The notes under the pieces: generated by a model
Database searches by the model: none
Told to the model about the DNA's origin: nothing
The model's input: the letters and a program-made list of their open reading frames with translations, nothing else
Program-made: the position numbers and the translations under genes
Part shown: positions 39,816 through 53,298 of the stretch, one piece after another
Position numbering within the stretch: position 1 is the stretch's first letter
How the letters are laid out: every line of letters starts with the position of its first letter
Assembly: GCA_951406725.2 (NCBI GenBank)
Contig: OX597819.1
Span: forward strand, 98,580,001-98,644,000
Length of the DNA: 64,000 nucleotides
Reading direction: 5' to 3'
Source: Octopus vulgaris
Lineage: Eukaryota

Positions 39816-42795
39816 CAAAGTAAGTCTAGATCTCAAAGTAAAGACAATATTCGTAGATCCGGAGGGTAGACTGGTCGTACTGGATGTCGACGGCAGCAAT
39901 GGGTGCGCTTTTCGACTCGTATCAGTCTTACGCACCGCCTTTAACAGGTCGGGCGGATTTCTTTCAACGTCTAGAAGTATTCTTGGGAACGTCTCGTCCT
40001 TTACTCTTAGTGGGGGATTGGAACGCTACCTTGGACACGCATGTAGACTACGTGAGCAGAGATAGGAACAGACGGGGATGCAAATGCCTCAGAGACCTGC
40101 TCAGATGCTTTCAACTGTCTAACAGATACCGACTCCACCACTCGAGTGCGCCAACGTGGACATGGAGCAACCGCATCGGGTCGTCGAGAACGTATCTAGA
40201 TAGGATACTGTGTAGGACAGTAGATAGAGATAGAGTAGGATGTCCACAATTCCACATAGTCAGCTACGCGGATCCCAAACTTGTGACATGTACGCTAGAC
40301 TTGGGTAAGACACTTAGGCAGGGTCCCGGATACTGGAAACTAAACGCGTCTTTCCCATCGAGACAGGCTTTCAGGGACCGGATTAGCACACTAGTCAACA
40401 ACAAACGGTGGTTTGCCCTCAAGAGAGCAGTAAAAGCAGAAGCGATTAGGTACAGCAAAGCACTAGCCATAGATTGAAACAGAGTAGAGGGTGAGCTAGT
40501 TAAGAAGCTAGAAGAGGCAATTAGAAGCGGCATCGCATCCGACGTTTTGGCGGCGAGGTTGGCCCTCAACCAACACTTCAACGCCAAACACGAAGGGTGT
40601 ATTGTCAGAGCTAGGATGCGTGCTCTGAAAAACGAAGGTGTTGGAGCCGTGCGAGAGGCCCGGGTCGCAGAGGCGCAACAGGGCAACAAAGTCACCATTC
40701 GGTCTCTGGTAGATGAACAGGGGCACGAATTGCTCGAGCCAAGTAAAATGTGTGAGGCCTTTCAACAGCATTTTGCCCGACTGTTCGGGACGAGTGGCGG
40801 GCAAGAACGTAGGGTGGACTTCAGTGCCTACCTACACAGCCTACCACGACTCTCGACAAGAGAGGCAGGGCGCTGCGAAGGTGCCATCACGGCGGCGGAA
40901 GTGCAGGACGCGATGGCAGAATGCTCGAGGGACAAATCTCCAGGTTTGGATGGTCTACCCTACGAGCTTTACAGTTGTATGCCAGACTTGTTTGGAGACA
41001 TATTGGCAGCGGTGTACTGCAACTGGCAGCAAAACAGGAGCATTCCTGGTTTTGTGAGCCGACGAGCCGTAATACTGCTGAAGAAAGATCTAAACAAGGG
41101 GGATGTAATAGATAACTTTAGGCCCATCACTCTGCGTAATGCAGACTTGAAAACTTTGGTCATGGTATTAGCCAAGAGGTTGGCGCTTGTCATCGAGAAA
41201 CTGGTCGACAAGGCGCAAACGTGCGCCGTACCGGGCCGGAGCATCCATGACAACCTCCACCTGATGCGCTACATCATAGACAGGGTAGTTAAGGAACCTG
41301 GCATGGGTGGGGCGCTGATCAATTTGGATCAATCGAAAGCTTTCGATAGGGTAGACCATCGATACTTGGAGGCTGTCCTCAGAGCGGCTGGTTTCGGTCC
41401 CGTCTTCCGCGGCTGGATAGCCGCTTTGTACAGAGGTATCCGCTAGGTAATTCGGCGTAAATGGACATCTATCGAAACCTTTCGACATTGCACGTTCGGT
41501 CCGTCAGGGATGCCCCCTCTCGTCGCTTCTCTACGTATTGACTCTCGACCCATTATTGCGGAAGCTGGCAACTCTGAGAGGCATCCCGCGAGAATTGGGA
41601 AGCGGGACGAGCGTGTCTGCATACGCGGACGAAGTCACCGTCATAGTGTCTCGCCACGAGCACATCGACCTGGTCGGCGAGACATTGAAAGACTATGAAG
41701 CGGTGACAGGAGCAAAAATCAACCGGGAAAAATCAGTGGGATTGCGACTCGGCACCTGGAGAAGCAAGCCCATGCCGTCCACCAGCGCCTCCGTCGTGGG
41801 ACGCCGGACCGACGGCCCGATCGAATTGCTCGGGGTCTGGTTTGGTTCGGACCTCCAAATGGAGAAAAGCTGGAACGAGATAACGAGTAGGATGGTCACT
41901 CTCGCCCGGCAATGGGCCGAGAGGAAACTGTCCCTAAAAGGTCGGGCGGAGGTGGCGAACTCGTACATCGCGTCCGTCATCTACTACCGCCTGACCATCG
42001 TGCCTTGTCCCGACCCTACCATCACCAAACTAGAACGCATTCTCTTTCGCTTCTTGTGGAAAGGATGCGTCCCGATGGTCAGGTGATCCATTTGATGTCA
42101 ACACCCGTTAAAAGGGGGACTGGGCATGCCGTGGTTGATGATGCGCAGACACGCACTGAGACTGCGACATCTCAGGCTCTACGTAGACGACGGTGAACAG
42201 GTGTGGTCACCGTTTGTGCGGCACGCTTTCCCGCAACTCGTCTCCATGACCGAACTGCAGTCGTGGATCAAAAAAAGGCCGAGGAAGGGCGAATGGCACT
42301 GCGAGTGTCGCGTTGCCCTCAAGCAGCTATGCCGTCCCGGGTCGACCTTGAGTGACTTCAACACAACCAAAGGATTCTATAGGGGATTAGTGGAGGGAAG
42401 GTAGGACAACGAGCTCGGGGCGAACCTGGACGTCGACGAGGAATACCTGACCTGCCTGTTCAGGACGACTTTCGGGCCAGGGCCCATGGACAACTTCCAG
42501 AGATCCCTGGCCTGGCAGTGCTACCGAGAAGTGCTACCCGTTCGGGATAAGCTCTACAGACACGGCTCGAGAAACACGGGGTCGACCTGCCCGAGATGCG
42601 GTCAGAACGACGAAATCGTTCTGCACGCACTGTTCAACAATTTCCGACCTGTGGGCTTATGTCGGACGACTGCTGTTACATGTGGGACGAGTCGGTTTAT
42701 CAGCCGAGTCTATCGTCAATATTGCCACGCCTCCTTCCTTCAAACGGGAAGGAAGAGCTATTTTTATCATCCTTGTGGCTATGGCGAAAGAATGT
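39814..42795 (+). mobile_element. Second Tx1-family ORF2 copy (diverged subfamily; 5'- and 3'-truncated; pseudogenised), starting at (TCTA)n
   Basis: Collinear with 17276-20212; multiple stops and frameshifts; YADE in place of YADD; (TCTA)n at 39727-39814. Confidence 0.92.
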
Positions 42796-42849
42796 ACATA
42801 CCCACGCCAACAATTATAGAACTTAAAATTATTATATCTATACCCAGGT

Positions 42850-43772
42850 CTATTCCCCGCTTTTTTTTAGGTGGGGGTAGTCGCAACAGGACACACACCA
42901 AGCATTCCATTCATTTCTCAGCTCAAAGAGGCGAGCCCCACCCCACCCTAAGCGCGGGTCAAGGCATAGAACGCAATCCCCGATATCAGCAGTGGGATCC
43001 GACAGCATATGCTGGTTTACCCCCGTCGCATCATGCTGGTCCCGTACCCCTTTGAGCAACATCAATTCACTCTTCCATTCACAAACACTATCCAAGCTTT
43101 CCTATGATTTATAAACTCTCTTGCCTCTCTCACCCAAACTTCTCTGACCACCAAAGCTTTCCTCTCTCCATCCATTCACACAAACCGAGGTCTGCCTCTG
43201 ATTCTGCTGCCTACCACTTCTACCTTCATCACCCTCCTACCATCCGATTCTCATCCATCCTCTCCATGTGACCAAACCACCTCAACATTCGTCTATCCAT
43301 TCTGGTTGTTACATTTTCTCTCATTCCTGCTCGCCTTCTCACCTCCTCATTCCTCATCCTGTCCATCCGTGTCCCACCAACCATAGCCCCTCAGACATCT
43401 CATCTCAAACACATCTAGTTGCCTCCTTTCCGCCTCTCTCAGACCTCACGTCTCTGCACCATATAACACTGTCGGCACAAGCACGCTCTCTTTGCTTTCA
43501 TACACAACCTTTTATCTCTTAGCATACCTTTCACAACTCCAAGTATCTTATTCCCCTCCTCACTCTATACCCAGTTCCTCATCACCCCATCCACCATCAC
43601 ATGTGATCCTAGATGCTTAAAAGCACTCACCTCTTCTAACATCTCACCATTTATACTCACATTCATCCTACCAGCCATTTTATTTCTCGAACATCTCATT
43701 ACCTTACTCTTAGCTACATCCACTTTCAATTTCCTCCTCTTACACACTCTTCTAAACTCTACCACCAAGTGA
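42850..43772 (-). mobile_element. RTE-clade LINE 3' fragment
   Basis: 'EFRRVCKRRKLKVDVAKSKVM...INGEMLEEVSAFKHLGS' is the RTE-type RT thumb; further degenerate 'GRPR..W' segment. Confidence 0.7.
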
Positions 43773-43774
43773 TA

Positions 43775-44226
43775 AGAAAAAGAACCCTATATGACAGTGT
43801 GCAAAATGCGCAAAGAAGAGAGACGCTAAAGGAAAAAAAAAAAAATTCGAAGAGAAAGTAGATACATGTGTGATGTCTGCAAGATAACTTTGCGTGTAAC
43901 TCCTTGTTTTAAAAATTGTCATCCTAAATAAACTGTCTATCTCAATAAAAATTTTTTTCCCTTTGATTTAAAAGCAATACATCTTTTAAAAAAAATCGAA
44001 GATAATTAAATTATATGTACTTTTTCAATGTCCGAGTTATCTAGCTTAAATCCAAATGAGTAAAAGTACATTTTAATTTCCATAATAAAAATAATAAAGG
44101 AAGCAAGATAAAAAAAAACCCATTTCTTTGTAATTAACACAGTGTATATAATTAAAAAAGGAAATAAAAAAAATATGCTCTGAAATGAAACGCCATGTCA
44201 AAATAATTGATCCATTTAGGAGTTAA
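43775..44226 (+). mobile_element. piggyBac-like transposon 3' end relic
   Basis: 'QCAKCAKK...IRRESRYMCDVCKITLRVTPCFKNCH' resembles the piggyBac/PGBD C-terminal Cys-rich domain; possible terminal TTAA at 44223. Confidence 0.6.
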
Positions 44227-45661
44227 ATATAAACCAACATAATAATATATCACTTTAACTATCCGGCATTAAAACTGACAATGTAGGAATAAAGCAATGT
44301 AGTCCTATATCAAATTTAAGCTTTAGTTCTAAAAGAAAAATAATATATAATCTACAATTGACTAACACAAACAAATCCCAACAACAATATATAAGAACAA
44401 CATGTTACCACAGGTCGCATAAAAGGTAACGAAAGCACAGACCTACCTCTTCTATTAACTGTTGCTCACCATTACAAAAACAATTCGTAATCTACGAGTA
44501 GAAGTTTATAATTACACCCTAACAGAAGTAATGTACACAATGATATTCTGTTATATATTACAGCCTGTCGATAAACTGTGAAGTAGTGACATTAAACATT
44601 AAATAAAACAAATCATTTTGTAGATCTATGTCAAGTTAAAAACTAAAATATTTCCAAATGTTCTTAAAATTTCTCGGTCTCTTCACCAGCAACATTTGAA
44701 ACATTTGACTAATATTTTCCTAACGCAATTTTGTTTTTCCACAAGCATCATCAACCTTCTTTAAAACTCTTTCGTAAAATACATCAACCTCATAATTCTA
44801 CCGTATCTAATAACTTGACTGGGAAGAACACTATATCCTACTCTTTGAAGAATTCTACTAACGACTCAGTGTAAGGATGGTATACGAAACGTAAAGTTAT
44901 CAATTTTTATTTTAAATACTAGTGACAACCATTTTATCGCACAATCTATTTTACGTACCTCAATAGAATAGAAATGGCGGCTCATTTAGTGAGTCCCTGT
45001 TTCTATATGCCGCGAGATTTTTTGGATTTATTTTCCCAAGTAAATATTCAGCATAATAGTTAAGAATAAGAATATCGATATATCTGTAGCAACCACCAAG
45101 TTATTTGACTCAACCAATTATTTCCAATCGGTATAAATAATTAAGAAAACTAAATGCACATGAAGATAAATATGTATCTGCTAATAAACACCACTTATTG
45201 GAATATCTTTAACTTGCTTAGGTATCCTTTTCATTAAAATAATATATGCGTTGTTAACGAGAAAGCTAACAGGCTGCTTTAATCTACTGTTACTTTAAGT
45301 AGTAAAGCTATTTCACCAATACTTGGATAAAAAATATTTTTTATGCCATAAAAATATTTAAATGATTTCCGGAACAAGCGTACTCTTTATTATAATAGCT
45401 CCGAGGAAGCTATAGAATGTTGCATAAGCACCCTGCTCTGACTGCTTGTGCAACATTCTGACAGCACTACTAGTATTAGTAAAAAAAGATGTATGCTAAT
45501 GAACAGGGTTACATGATTGCTGTTCTTTTGTCATTAATCAATAGATATTATGCTTTGTACTAGCCTATCGCTTTATTCTAATGTGTATGTTGAATTCTAG
45601 AAACTGGTTATTAGTATCTCTATATTTAAGTGAAATCATAGTATATATACATACACATACA

Positions 45662-45692
<31 letters not shown>

Positions 45693-45695
45693 GTA

Positions 45696-45745
<50 letters not shown>

Positions 45746-45746
45746 C

Positions 45747-45813
<67 letters not shown>

Positions 45814-46304
45814 CATATATACATATACATATACATACTCACACGTACACACACTCATGCATACTTAGTTATGGAATATTCTGTTAATAACGTAGTAGAG
45901 TACAATATAAAGCTCGGCCACCTTCAGATTTCACCCTGCACTATCCAGTAGTAGTATTTTACGTACTTCCAAGTTTTTGTTTGGGTTTCTGTCGTGTGTG
46001 AATAGACAATTGAAAAAAAAAAACTGGAGTCAACAAGGAGTACTGTTGGACACTTATTTTCAATCACTACAATTGTTTCTACGCACTATATTTCTCCAGG
46101 CATGCAAGTACTTGATTATGCAATTGTTTCCCTGCATTATGAGATCTGGTTGTGTTTCCTCAGGTGATATGTAAATTTTGTCTCCGTAAGTTCAAATTCT
46201 CGGTTTTAACAGCATCCTGCCTTTGTTGCTTCGAATAAATGATCTGTTATTTTTTCAGCAATGATTTTGCCTTAACCACGAATTTTAGCATTGTATTTAT
46301 CTAG

Positions 46305-46700
46305 TAATAATTTGAAATTATCATGAATAAAAACAAATTATATAACAACAGCTACAAAACTCATATAAAATTTCAACAGAAGGTAGGTAAATGACTTATT
46401 AAAGAGAATAATTTTACGTTTTTAATAAGTTTTTAGCAAAAAAGTAGGTGGTACATTGCTGGCACACAAATTATATACAACAAAATTAGAATATATGTAA
46501 ATTAATTTTGTAAAGCTGCGGACCTAGCAGAATACTATAGTGTGTTCACAATATATTTTGCGTGCTGCAAAGGTTGTTGCTCAGCGAATATCCGATATAT
46601 TCTAATTCCGCGTTGGCATGTCATTGCAATCAGCTCTACACTTCAATAGGTATAATAACATGACAAATTTTATTTCTTTTAATGAAACAAAAAAACAAAA
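46305..46700 (+). promoter_or_regulatory. Copy 4 of the candidate promoter/first-exon block; donor-like AG|GTATAA at 46650
   Basis: 'acaacagctacaaaa...tcaacagaagg...gaataatt...aaattatata...gatatattct...tcattgcaatc.gctcta' is collinear with copies 1-3. Confidence 0.42.
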
Positions 46701-46814
46701 TAATATTTATAGTTTAAAGTGAAATCAATTTATGCTTTCCTTGCCTCAAATGTCGTAGTAGCATCAATGTGAGAATTAATGTATGTACGAGATTTTTATT
46801 ACACATAGAATTTG

Positions 46815-46855
<41 letters not shown>

Positions 46856-47053
46856 TCTCTCTCTTTTACTTGTTTCAGTCATTTGACTGCGACCATGCTG
46901 GAGCACCGCCTTTGGTCGAGCAAATCGACCCCGGAACTTATTCTTTGTAAGCCCAATACTTATTCTATCGGTCTCTTTTGCCGAACCGCTAAGTGACGGG
47001 GACGTTAACACACCAGCATCGGGTGTCAGGCAATGCTAGGGGGACAAACACAG

Positions 47054-47100
<47 letters not shown>

Positions 47101-47263
47101 TACGACAGGCTTCTCTTAGTTTCCGTCTACCAAATCCACTCTTAAGGCATTGGTCGGCCCGGGGCTATAGCAGAAGACATTTTCCCAAGATGCCACGCAG
47201 TGGGACTGAACCCGGAACCGTGTGGTTGGTTAGCAAGCTACTTACCACACAGCCACTCCTGCG

Positions 47264-47340
<77 letters not shown>

Positions 47341-47343
<3 letters not shown>

Positions 47344-48032
47344 CCAATTAAGGACTGCACACGAAAAGTGAACAGTCAACATGCTAGATATAGACGTCAA
47401 ATCGCCATTCTCCACAAAAAGTTTATGTTCTCAGATCAAACTCAACAAAACCAAAGTAATAAACAAGTGAAAAATATACGAAATAAATATTTACCCATGT
47501 ACTAAATTTAGTTTCAGCTGTTATTTTCCGCAAGGAAAAGTGAATCATCATCAGCATGGTCCCATATAAAATGTAATTTGCTGGACTAAATGCCAACACG
47601 ACCCCAAAATATCGCGTGCATGGAGTCCGGCCTATTACATTTGAAATATATATTTCAAATGCCACTACTTTTGGCGCGATGAGACCCGAGAAAACTAGCC
47701 TGCAGCTAATAGTTAGCAGCAGTTAATTTATCGGTTAGAGAACAAATATTTATAAAATTAAATTTCGGGTAAAAATTGATATTTATCAATTAGAACCAGT
47801 GGTCTAGCATATTAAAAAAGAACTTGTTTATTACTTTGGTTTTGTTGAGTTTGATCTGAGAACATAAACTTTTTGTGGAGAATGGCGATTTGACGTCTAT
47901 ATCTAGCATGTTGACTGTTCACTTTTCGTGTGCAGTCCTTAATTGGTATATATAAATATTTTAATCTTCGGATTCTTTTTTAATATGCTAGACCACTGGT
48001 TCTAATTGATAAATATCAATTTTTACCCTAAA

Positions 48033-48040
<8 letters not shown>
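47341..48040. repeat. PLE-derived element with two interleaved inverted repeats (A 47341-47468 / A' 47822-47949; B 47755-47822 / B' 47973-48039) in (TA)n
   Basis: A and A' are exact reverse complements over ~128 bp; B and B' are near exact over ~67 bp. Confidence 0.92.
47495..47559 (-). ncRNA. Type I hammerhead ribozyme
   Basis: Minus strand: ccatg-CTGATGA-tgattcac ttttcc ttgc ggaaaa taacagct-GAAA-ctaaatttag-TA-catgg. Perfect stem I and 12-nt palindromic stem III ACTAAATTTAGT; base of stem II imperfect. Confidence 0.75.
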
Positions 48041-48083
<43 letters not shown>

Positions 48084-48802
48084 TATTGTCATAAGGTCAT
48101 CCCTTAAGTAAAACTTTTACGATCAAAGGTGCTCAATCCATAACCATCCCCTATTTATGTTGGTTTCAAATTTTGGCACAGGACCACCAATTTCGAGGGA
48201 AGGGATAAATTGATTACATCAAACTTGGTACTCAACTAATACTTATTTCATCCGCCTCGAAAGGATGGAGGGCAAAGTTGACATCAGCGACATTTGAACT
48301 CAGAACGTGAAGGCGGAAGAAATGCGGCTAAGAATTTGGCCCGGCGTGCTAAAGATTCTGCCAGTACATCACCTTCTATCCCCTGTTTTATAATAGTACA
48401 TTGTGTTAAATTGTCTGGTTGTTACCGCACCCGAGTTTGTGGCCGTGGAGCCGTCGGAATTTTGATGGCTAGAGACGTTTATGTACTCGGTTTGGGGATG
48501 AACTGGTGAACGCAAGAATGATTTTGATTATAGGTTTCTGCTATTACACACTACCCGAGGTTACGTAACAACAGCTAATTTATGTAAAACAATTAGGGTC
48601 TAGAAATGTCCTAACTTTAGTGATCGAAACAAACGTAAAGGGAAATTGAAGGATATATGAAGGATCATTGATAAAAATATAATACCGTCGTATTCATATA
48701 ATATAAGTATAAATGAAACGCTATTCCCTAGATACATCCAAACACACTTATACGCTCATACACACACAAATATATATACATGCATATGTATAATGTGTGT
48801 AT

Positions 48803-48835
<33 letters not shown>

Positions 48836-49055
48836 CACATTATACATGAGATATGTGTGAATATACACACATATATACGTAAACATACACACAACGAGAG
48901 AAATGCCCTCAACACAAACACTCACATATACATATATACATAAAACAGATGTGTGTGTGTGTATAATGCATACACACATACATATGATATTCCTGTGTAT
49001 ATATACATATACACATACACACACAAATATGTCTCTATATACACAATTAGGTAAG

Positions 49056-49265
49056 TGGAGGCACATGGCCTAGTGGTTAGAGCAGCGGACTTGCAGTCGA
49101 GGGATCGCGGATTTGAATCTCAGACCGGGCGATGTGTGTGTTTATGAGTGAAACACCTAAGCTCCACGCGGTTCCGGCAGAAGGTAATGGCGAACTTCTG
49201 CTGACTCTTTCGCCACAACTTTCTCTCACTCTTTCCTCCTGCATCTTGCAGCTCACCTGCGACGC
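49056..49265 (+). mobile_element. tRNA(Arg-like)-derived SINE family B, truncated; full copy at 53339-53650
   Basis: Head 'ggaggc.catgg.c.agtggttag.gcagcgga.t.gc.gtcg ... cagaccgggcg'; the second copy ends (cacggtgat)2. Confidence 0.8.
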
Positions 49266-49269
49266 AAGT

Positions 49270-51600
49270 GGTAAATATCCAAACGAGGTGTATACTGTAG
49301 GCTACTCTTCATGCCAAGGATACCTTGATTAAATGAAAGTTTATATTGTCGCAAGGAGGTATATGTTAACACATCGAAGATTCAATCAGAATGTGTAGAG
49401 AGCCCAGCAGGAATGGAGAATATAAATGTAGGGAAATTAGGGTTAAAAGAAGAAATAAGAAAAAAATATAAGGGTGTGAGAAGAAAGAGGAAGCAAGGAC
49501 ATTTGACCGGTAGTATTAAATAGGGTTGTTTTGGTCGAATCACAGAAATTAACAAGGGGAGTGGTATTTGAAAAAAAAGATAATGTGGAGGGAAGAGGGT
49601 GGGGAAATATTTTTGGTCAAGGGGGAGAAAAAAGTAAGCATGAAAAAAGCAAGATAGAATAGGCAAGAATCGTGGCTGCTACAACTAACTATCAATTAAG
49701 GAGTGTATATTGTGTGCGGTGAGCATGTTTGCAGTATGAAGTAGTAGAAGTGTATCTTGGTGTTAAGATTAGCATTTGTTAGAGAGTTGAGAGTGGAGCT
49801 GTGGGATTGTATAATATGATAATTATCGTGCCCGGTGGTATCGTCTGTGTCGTTCTCTATTTTTACAAGGAGCATAGTTGGGCGTCGTGGTAAATTTACG
49901 GATCGGATGTTAATAGTGGAATTATAGTTGGAATTATGAAGGTTAGTGTTGTTAGAAGGGTCAGTTGGTGTTTGGGTTTATATGTATGGATCTGTGGGTA
50001 AGAGGGGGTAAGAGGGGGAGGCAGGTGAAATAAGAGAAACATTTTTTATAAATGGGAAGAAAAGATACAGAAAGAAGTATGTAAATGACAATAAGGAATT
50101 AAAGAGATATATTGTTGGTTTAATATATAGTGGTAGTGAGGGTAAATAAAAGGGATAATATAAGAAGGTTAAGGGAAAAAGGCGGGCTGGGGTTGTTTTA
50201 TTTGTATTTTGAGAAAAGATTTAGTAATCGATGTTTGCAGGTAAAGATTATACTGCTGCGTTCATTATGTATGGTTTGGTGTGGGGGACTATGGACCACT
50301 TGAGGGTGTAAGGAGTTGAATCAATCTTTAGATTATTGATTAGCTGAGATAACGATGTACTGTTGGATTGTGTTTAGGACTTGTAACTGGAATAGTGGTT
50401 GCTCACTCTAACTTTGAAGGTGGTGCTGCATGAGCCGATATATATGTAGTTACAATTGTCAGTTGATACTGTACACTTGTAAACGATGTTTTTTGTGAGA
50501 CAGTGGTTATCTAAAGGACAGGAGACTGGACGTCTGAAGTTGCATAGGTTTGTAGGGGATATTCCAGATGAACTTGTGAGGGGATTGTTGTTTAGTGAGG
50601 AACCGGTGTTAGGTTCGTTATTATTGCTGGTGTTAAGATTAGTATTTGTTAGAGAGTTGAGAGTGGAGTTGTGGGATTGTATAATATGATAATTATCGTG
50701 CCCGGTGGTATCGTCTGTGTCGTTCTCTATTTTTACAAGGAGCATAGTTGGGCGTCGTGGTAAATTTACGGATCGGATGTTAATAGTGGAATTATAGTTG
50801 GAATTATGAGGGTTAGTGTTGTTAGGAGGGCCAGTTGGTGTTTTGAGTTTATATGTATGGTTCTGGGGGTTATGATGATGTTAAATTATTAGGATGGGGG
50901 TTAGCTGGTTGTGGTTTTTTGAGTTTCTTTTTAAGATGTCGGGTAACTCCGGCGATGTTGGAGGTGGTGGAGTAGAACAATTTTATAGACTGAGAGTTAG
51001 ATTTTTTCTAAGGGGGCTAGATTTAGGAAGATGTTTTTCGAATAGGGCGAAGAAGGGTTTAGGTACTCGAATTTGAACATTAAGGGCGAAGGGAGCGGGG
51101 TGGTGGTGGTGGAACTAGATAACATCCCGAATTCTTGTTCGTTTAATCCGAGTAAGTGTGTGTGCGTGAAGAGGTTAACTGGGTGGGGACAGTGTTTTAG
51201 AGGTGCACGCTGGTGTCTGTTTCGATGAGTTGCGATGTATATAAGATTTGGAGTAATCTAGCTGGAGGGTTGTTTGTTAAATCATGTGTTACTCTGAAAT
51301 CTGGACGGATATTGCAGTGATAGGATAAGGGGATGTTACGTCCATTATATGGTGGTGGTAGGGGGAATATTCTATATGGGGATATATTCGATTGAGTTTT
51401 TATAGCCGGCAGGTTGTAGGGCAGAATTGTAATACTCTGCATATTGATCGAATAAATTCCTATTAGCAGATAGTGAGGAAATCCGGTAGGAAACGCTTTC
51501 TACAAAAGATTTCAGGATGAAGGTGGTGGCGGCTGAAGGAGAAGTTCACGTAGTTGAGGTTTTCTCCAAGTTTGTGGTATGGGTAGAAGGTTTGGTTTTG
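49270..51600 (-). mobile_element. Degenerate PLE (Naiad-type) with internal direct repeat (~49770-49990 = ~50640-50860)
   Basis: 'PYHKLGENLNYVNF' (RT C-terminus) and 'CPLDNHCLTKNIVYKCTVSTDNCNYIYIGSCSTTFKVRVSNHYSSY' (GIY-YIG). Confidence 0.85.
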
Positions 51601-51665
51601 CAAACACACACAAACATTTCTATACGAATGTGTATTTGTATACACACACACACACACACACACAT

Positions 51666-51719
<54 letters not shown>

Positions 51720-51742
51720 GTATATATACAGACATATATATA

Positions 51743-53007
51743 CAGACATGCAGGAAGTAAATAGACACCTTTAACTTTCAAAATTTCTGATCTAAGCGTT
51801 TCAATATGTTTTCAGCGGTGTGGAATTTACAATGTAATTATTCTTTTTCATTCCAGGTGTCATTATATTAAACATTTGCGAAGAGTAACCATGCCATGCA
51901 CAAAGATAATTCAGCAGAACTGTCAGATTTTCAAAGGTCGTATGGTTGGGCAATTTGCGTATTAAATAAAAGTGAAAAATTGCCGGAAATCTTCAAATTC
52001 CTCTTGCTACTGTTAATATAATTATAGTGCAATAGTCAAGGAAAAGAATCAACAGATTCTCATCCTGGCCGACCTGGGCCCTCAGAAAGGAAGCTTCGCT
52101 GTTTGAAGAGAATTGCGGAAAGCTAACCCCGTTCGATGGCTTCTGATATTGCAAAACAGCTAGGAGTTAGTCCAAGAACGTGTGTTACATATCTGCATAA
52201 GCTTGGGTATTATGGACGATCAGCTAGAAGAAAACCTCTCCTTCAACCAATTAATATCATGAAAAGAAAGAAATGGGCTAAGGAGATGTCAGAAAAATCC
52301 AGTTCATTTTGGAATAGAGTGATTTTCTCAGATGAATCCAGATTTGCATTATTTTCAAACAGTGGACGTGTTTGGGTCTGGAGGCTTTCCAATCAAGAAT
52401 TTGATTTGAAACGACTCCAACCAACTTTGAAACATGGCGGTATCTCTGTAATGCTATGGGGAGCTGTCACCAGCAATGGTCGTTCCGAGCTGATAGAATG
52501 TGTTGGAACCATAAACTCTGTAAAATACATCGAAATACTTAAGCAAGGATTACTGCCGATATATTCACACGATAACATAACGAAAATGGGTTTATATTCA
52601 TGAAAAATGGGGCTCCATGCCACACAGCGAAAAAGAATCAACAATGGCTGACTGAAAATGGAATCAAAAAGCTTCCTTGGCTGAGCCAATCTCCCGGCAT
52701 GAACCCAATTGAAAATCTTTGGAGCATACTAGGTAGAGCTATACGAAAATCTCGTCAGAAACCTAAATCTTAAGATGAATTGTTTCGATTGTTGCTTGAA
52801 AAGTGGGCAGAAATTTCACAAAAGACAATCACAAATCTCATCAGTTCAATGCCAAAAAGAGTTTCTGAATTAAAAACTGCAAAGGGAATGTCAACTAAAT
52901 ACTAAAGTATGTAATCCTACCTATCGATTACATTTCAATTGTTTGCTTTGCGTATTAAATAAAAGATTATGAAAATTAAAGGCGTCTATTTACTTCTTGC
53001 ATATCTG
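51743..53007 (+). mobile_element. Tc1-family DNA transposon (~1.27 kb) with disrupted transposase
   Basis: TIRs cagacatgcaggaagtaaatagacacctttaactttca / tgaaaattaaaggcgtctatttacttcttgcatatctg; left TA; 'ARRKPLL', 'VIFSDESRF', 'KHGG.SVMLWG', 'NGAPCHT', 'SPGMNPIENLW'. Confidence 0.92.
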
Positions 53008-53174
53008 TGTATATATATATACGTGTGTGTGTATTTATGTGCGCGCGTGCGTATGTGCGTATATGTGTGGAAATCTGAACAAGTAGAAGTATTCGATGGT
53101 GATCCACCTTTTTCTTATATGTACAAGTTACAGTTATACTTGCAGATATCATCATCATTCTCATCGATATCATT

Positions 53175-53298
53175 ATGGCGAAGACACAAAGAGAAACCTG
53201 GGCGAAATGGTCGGAGTTTTTCTTCTCGATTGTGGGCATGGTGGTTGGCCTTACAAATATATGGCGTTTCCCATACTTTTGTTACATCAGCGGTGGCG
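53175..53298 (+). CDS. SLC6 transporter gene 2, first coding exon (TM1); exon begins at acceptor 53146
   Basis: tacttgCAG| 29-nt UTR, ATG; MAKTQRETWAKWSEFFFSIVGMVVGLTNIWRFPYFCYISGG|GTAAGT, i.e. the RxxW motif plus the SLC6 signature; phase 1. Confidence 0.93.
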
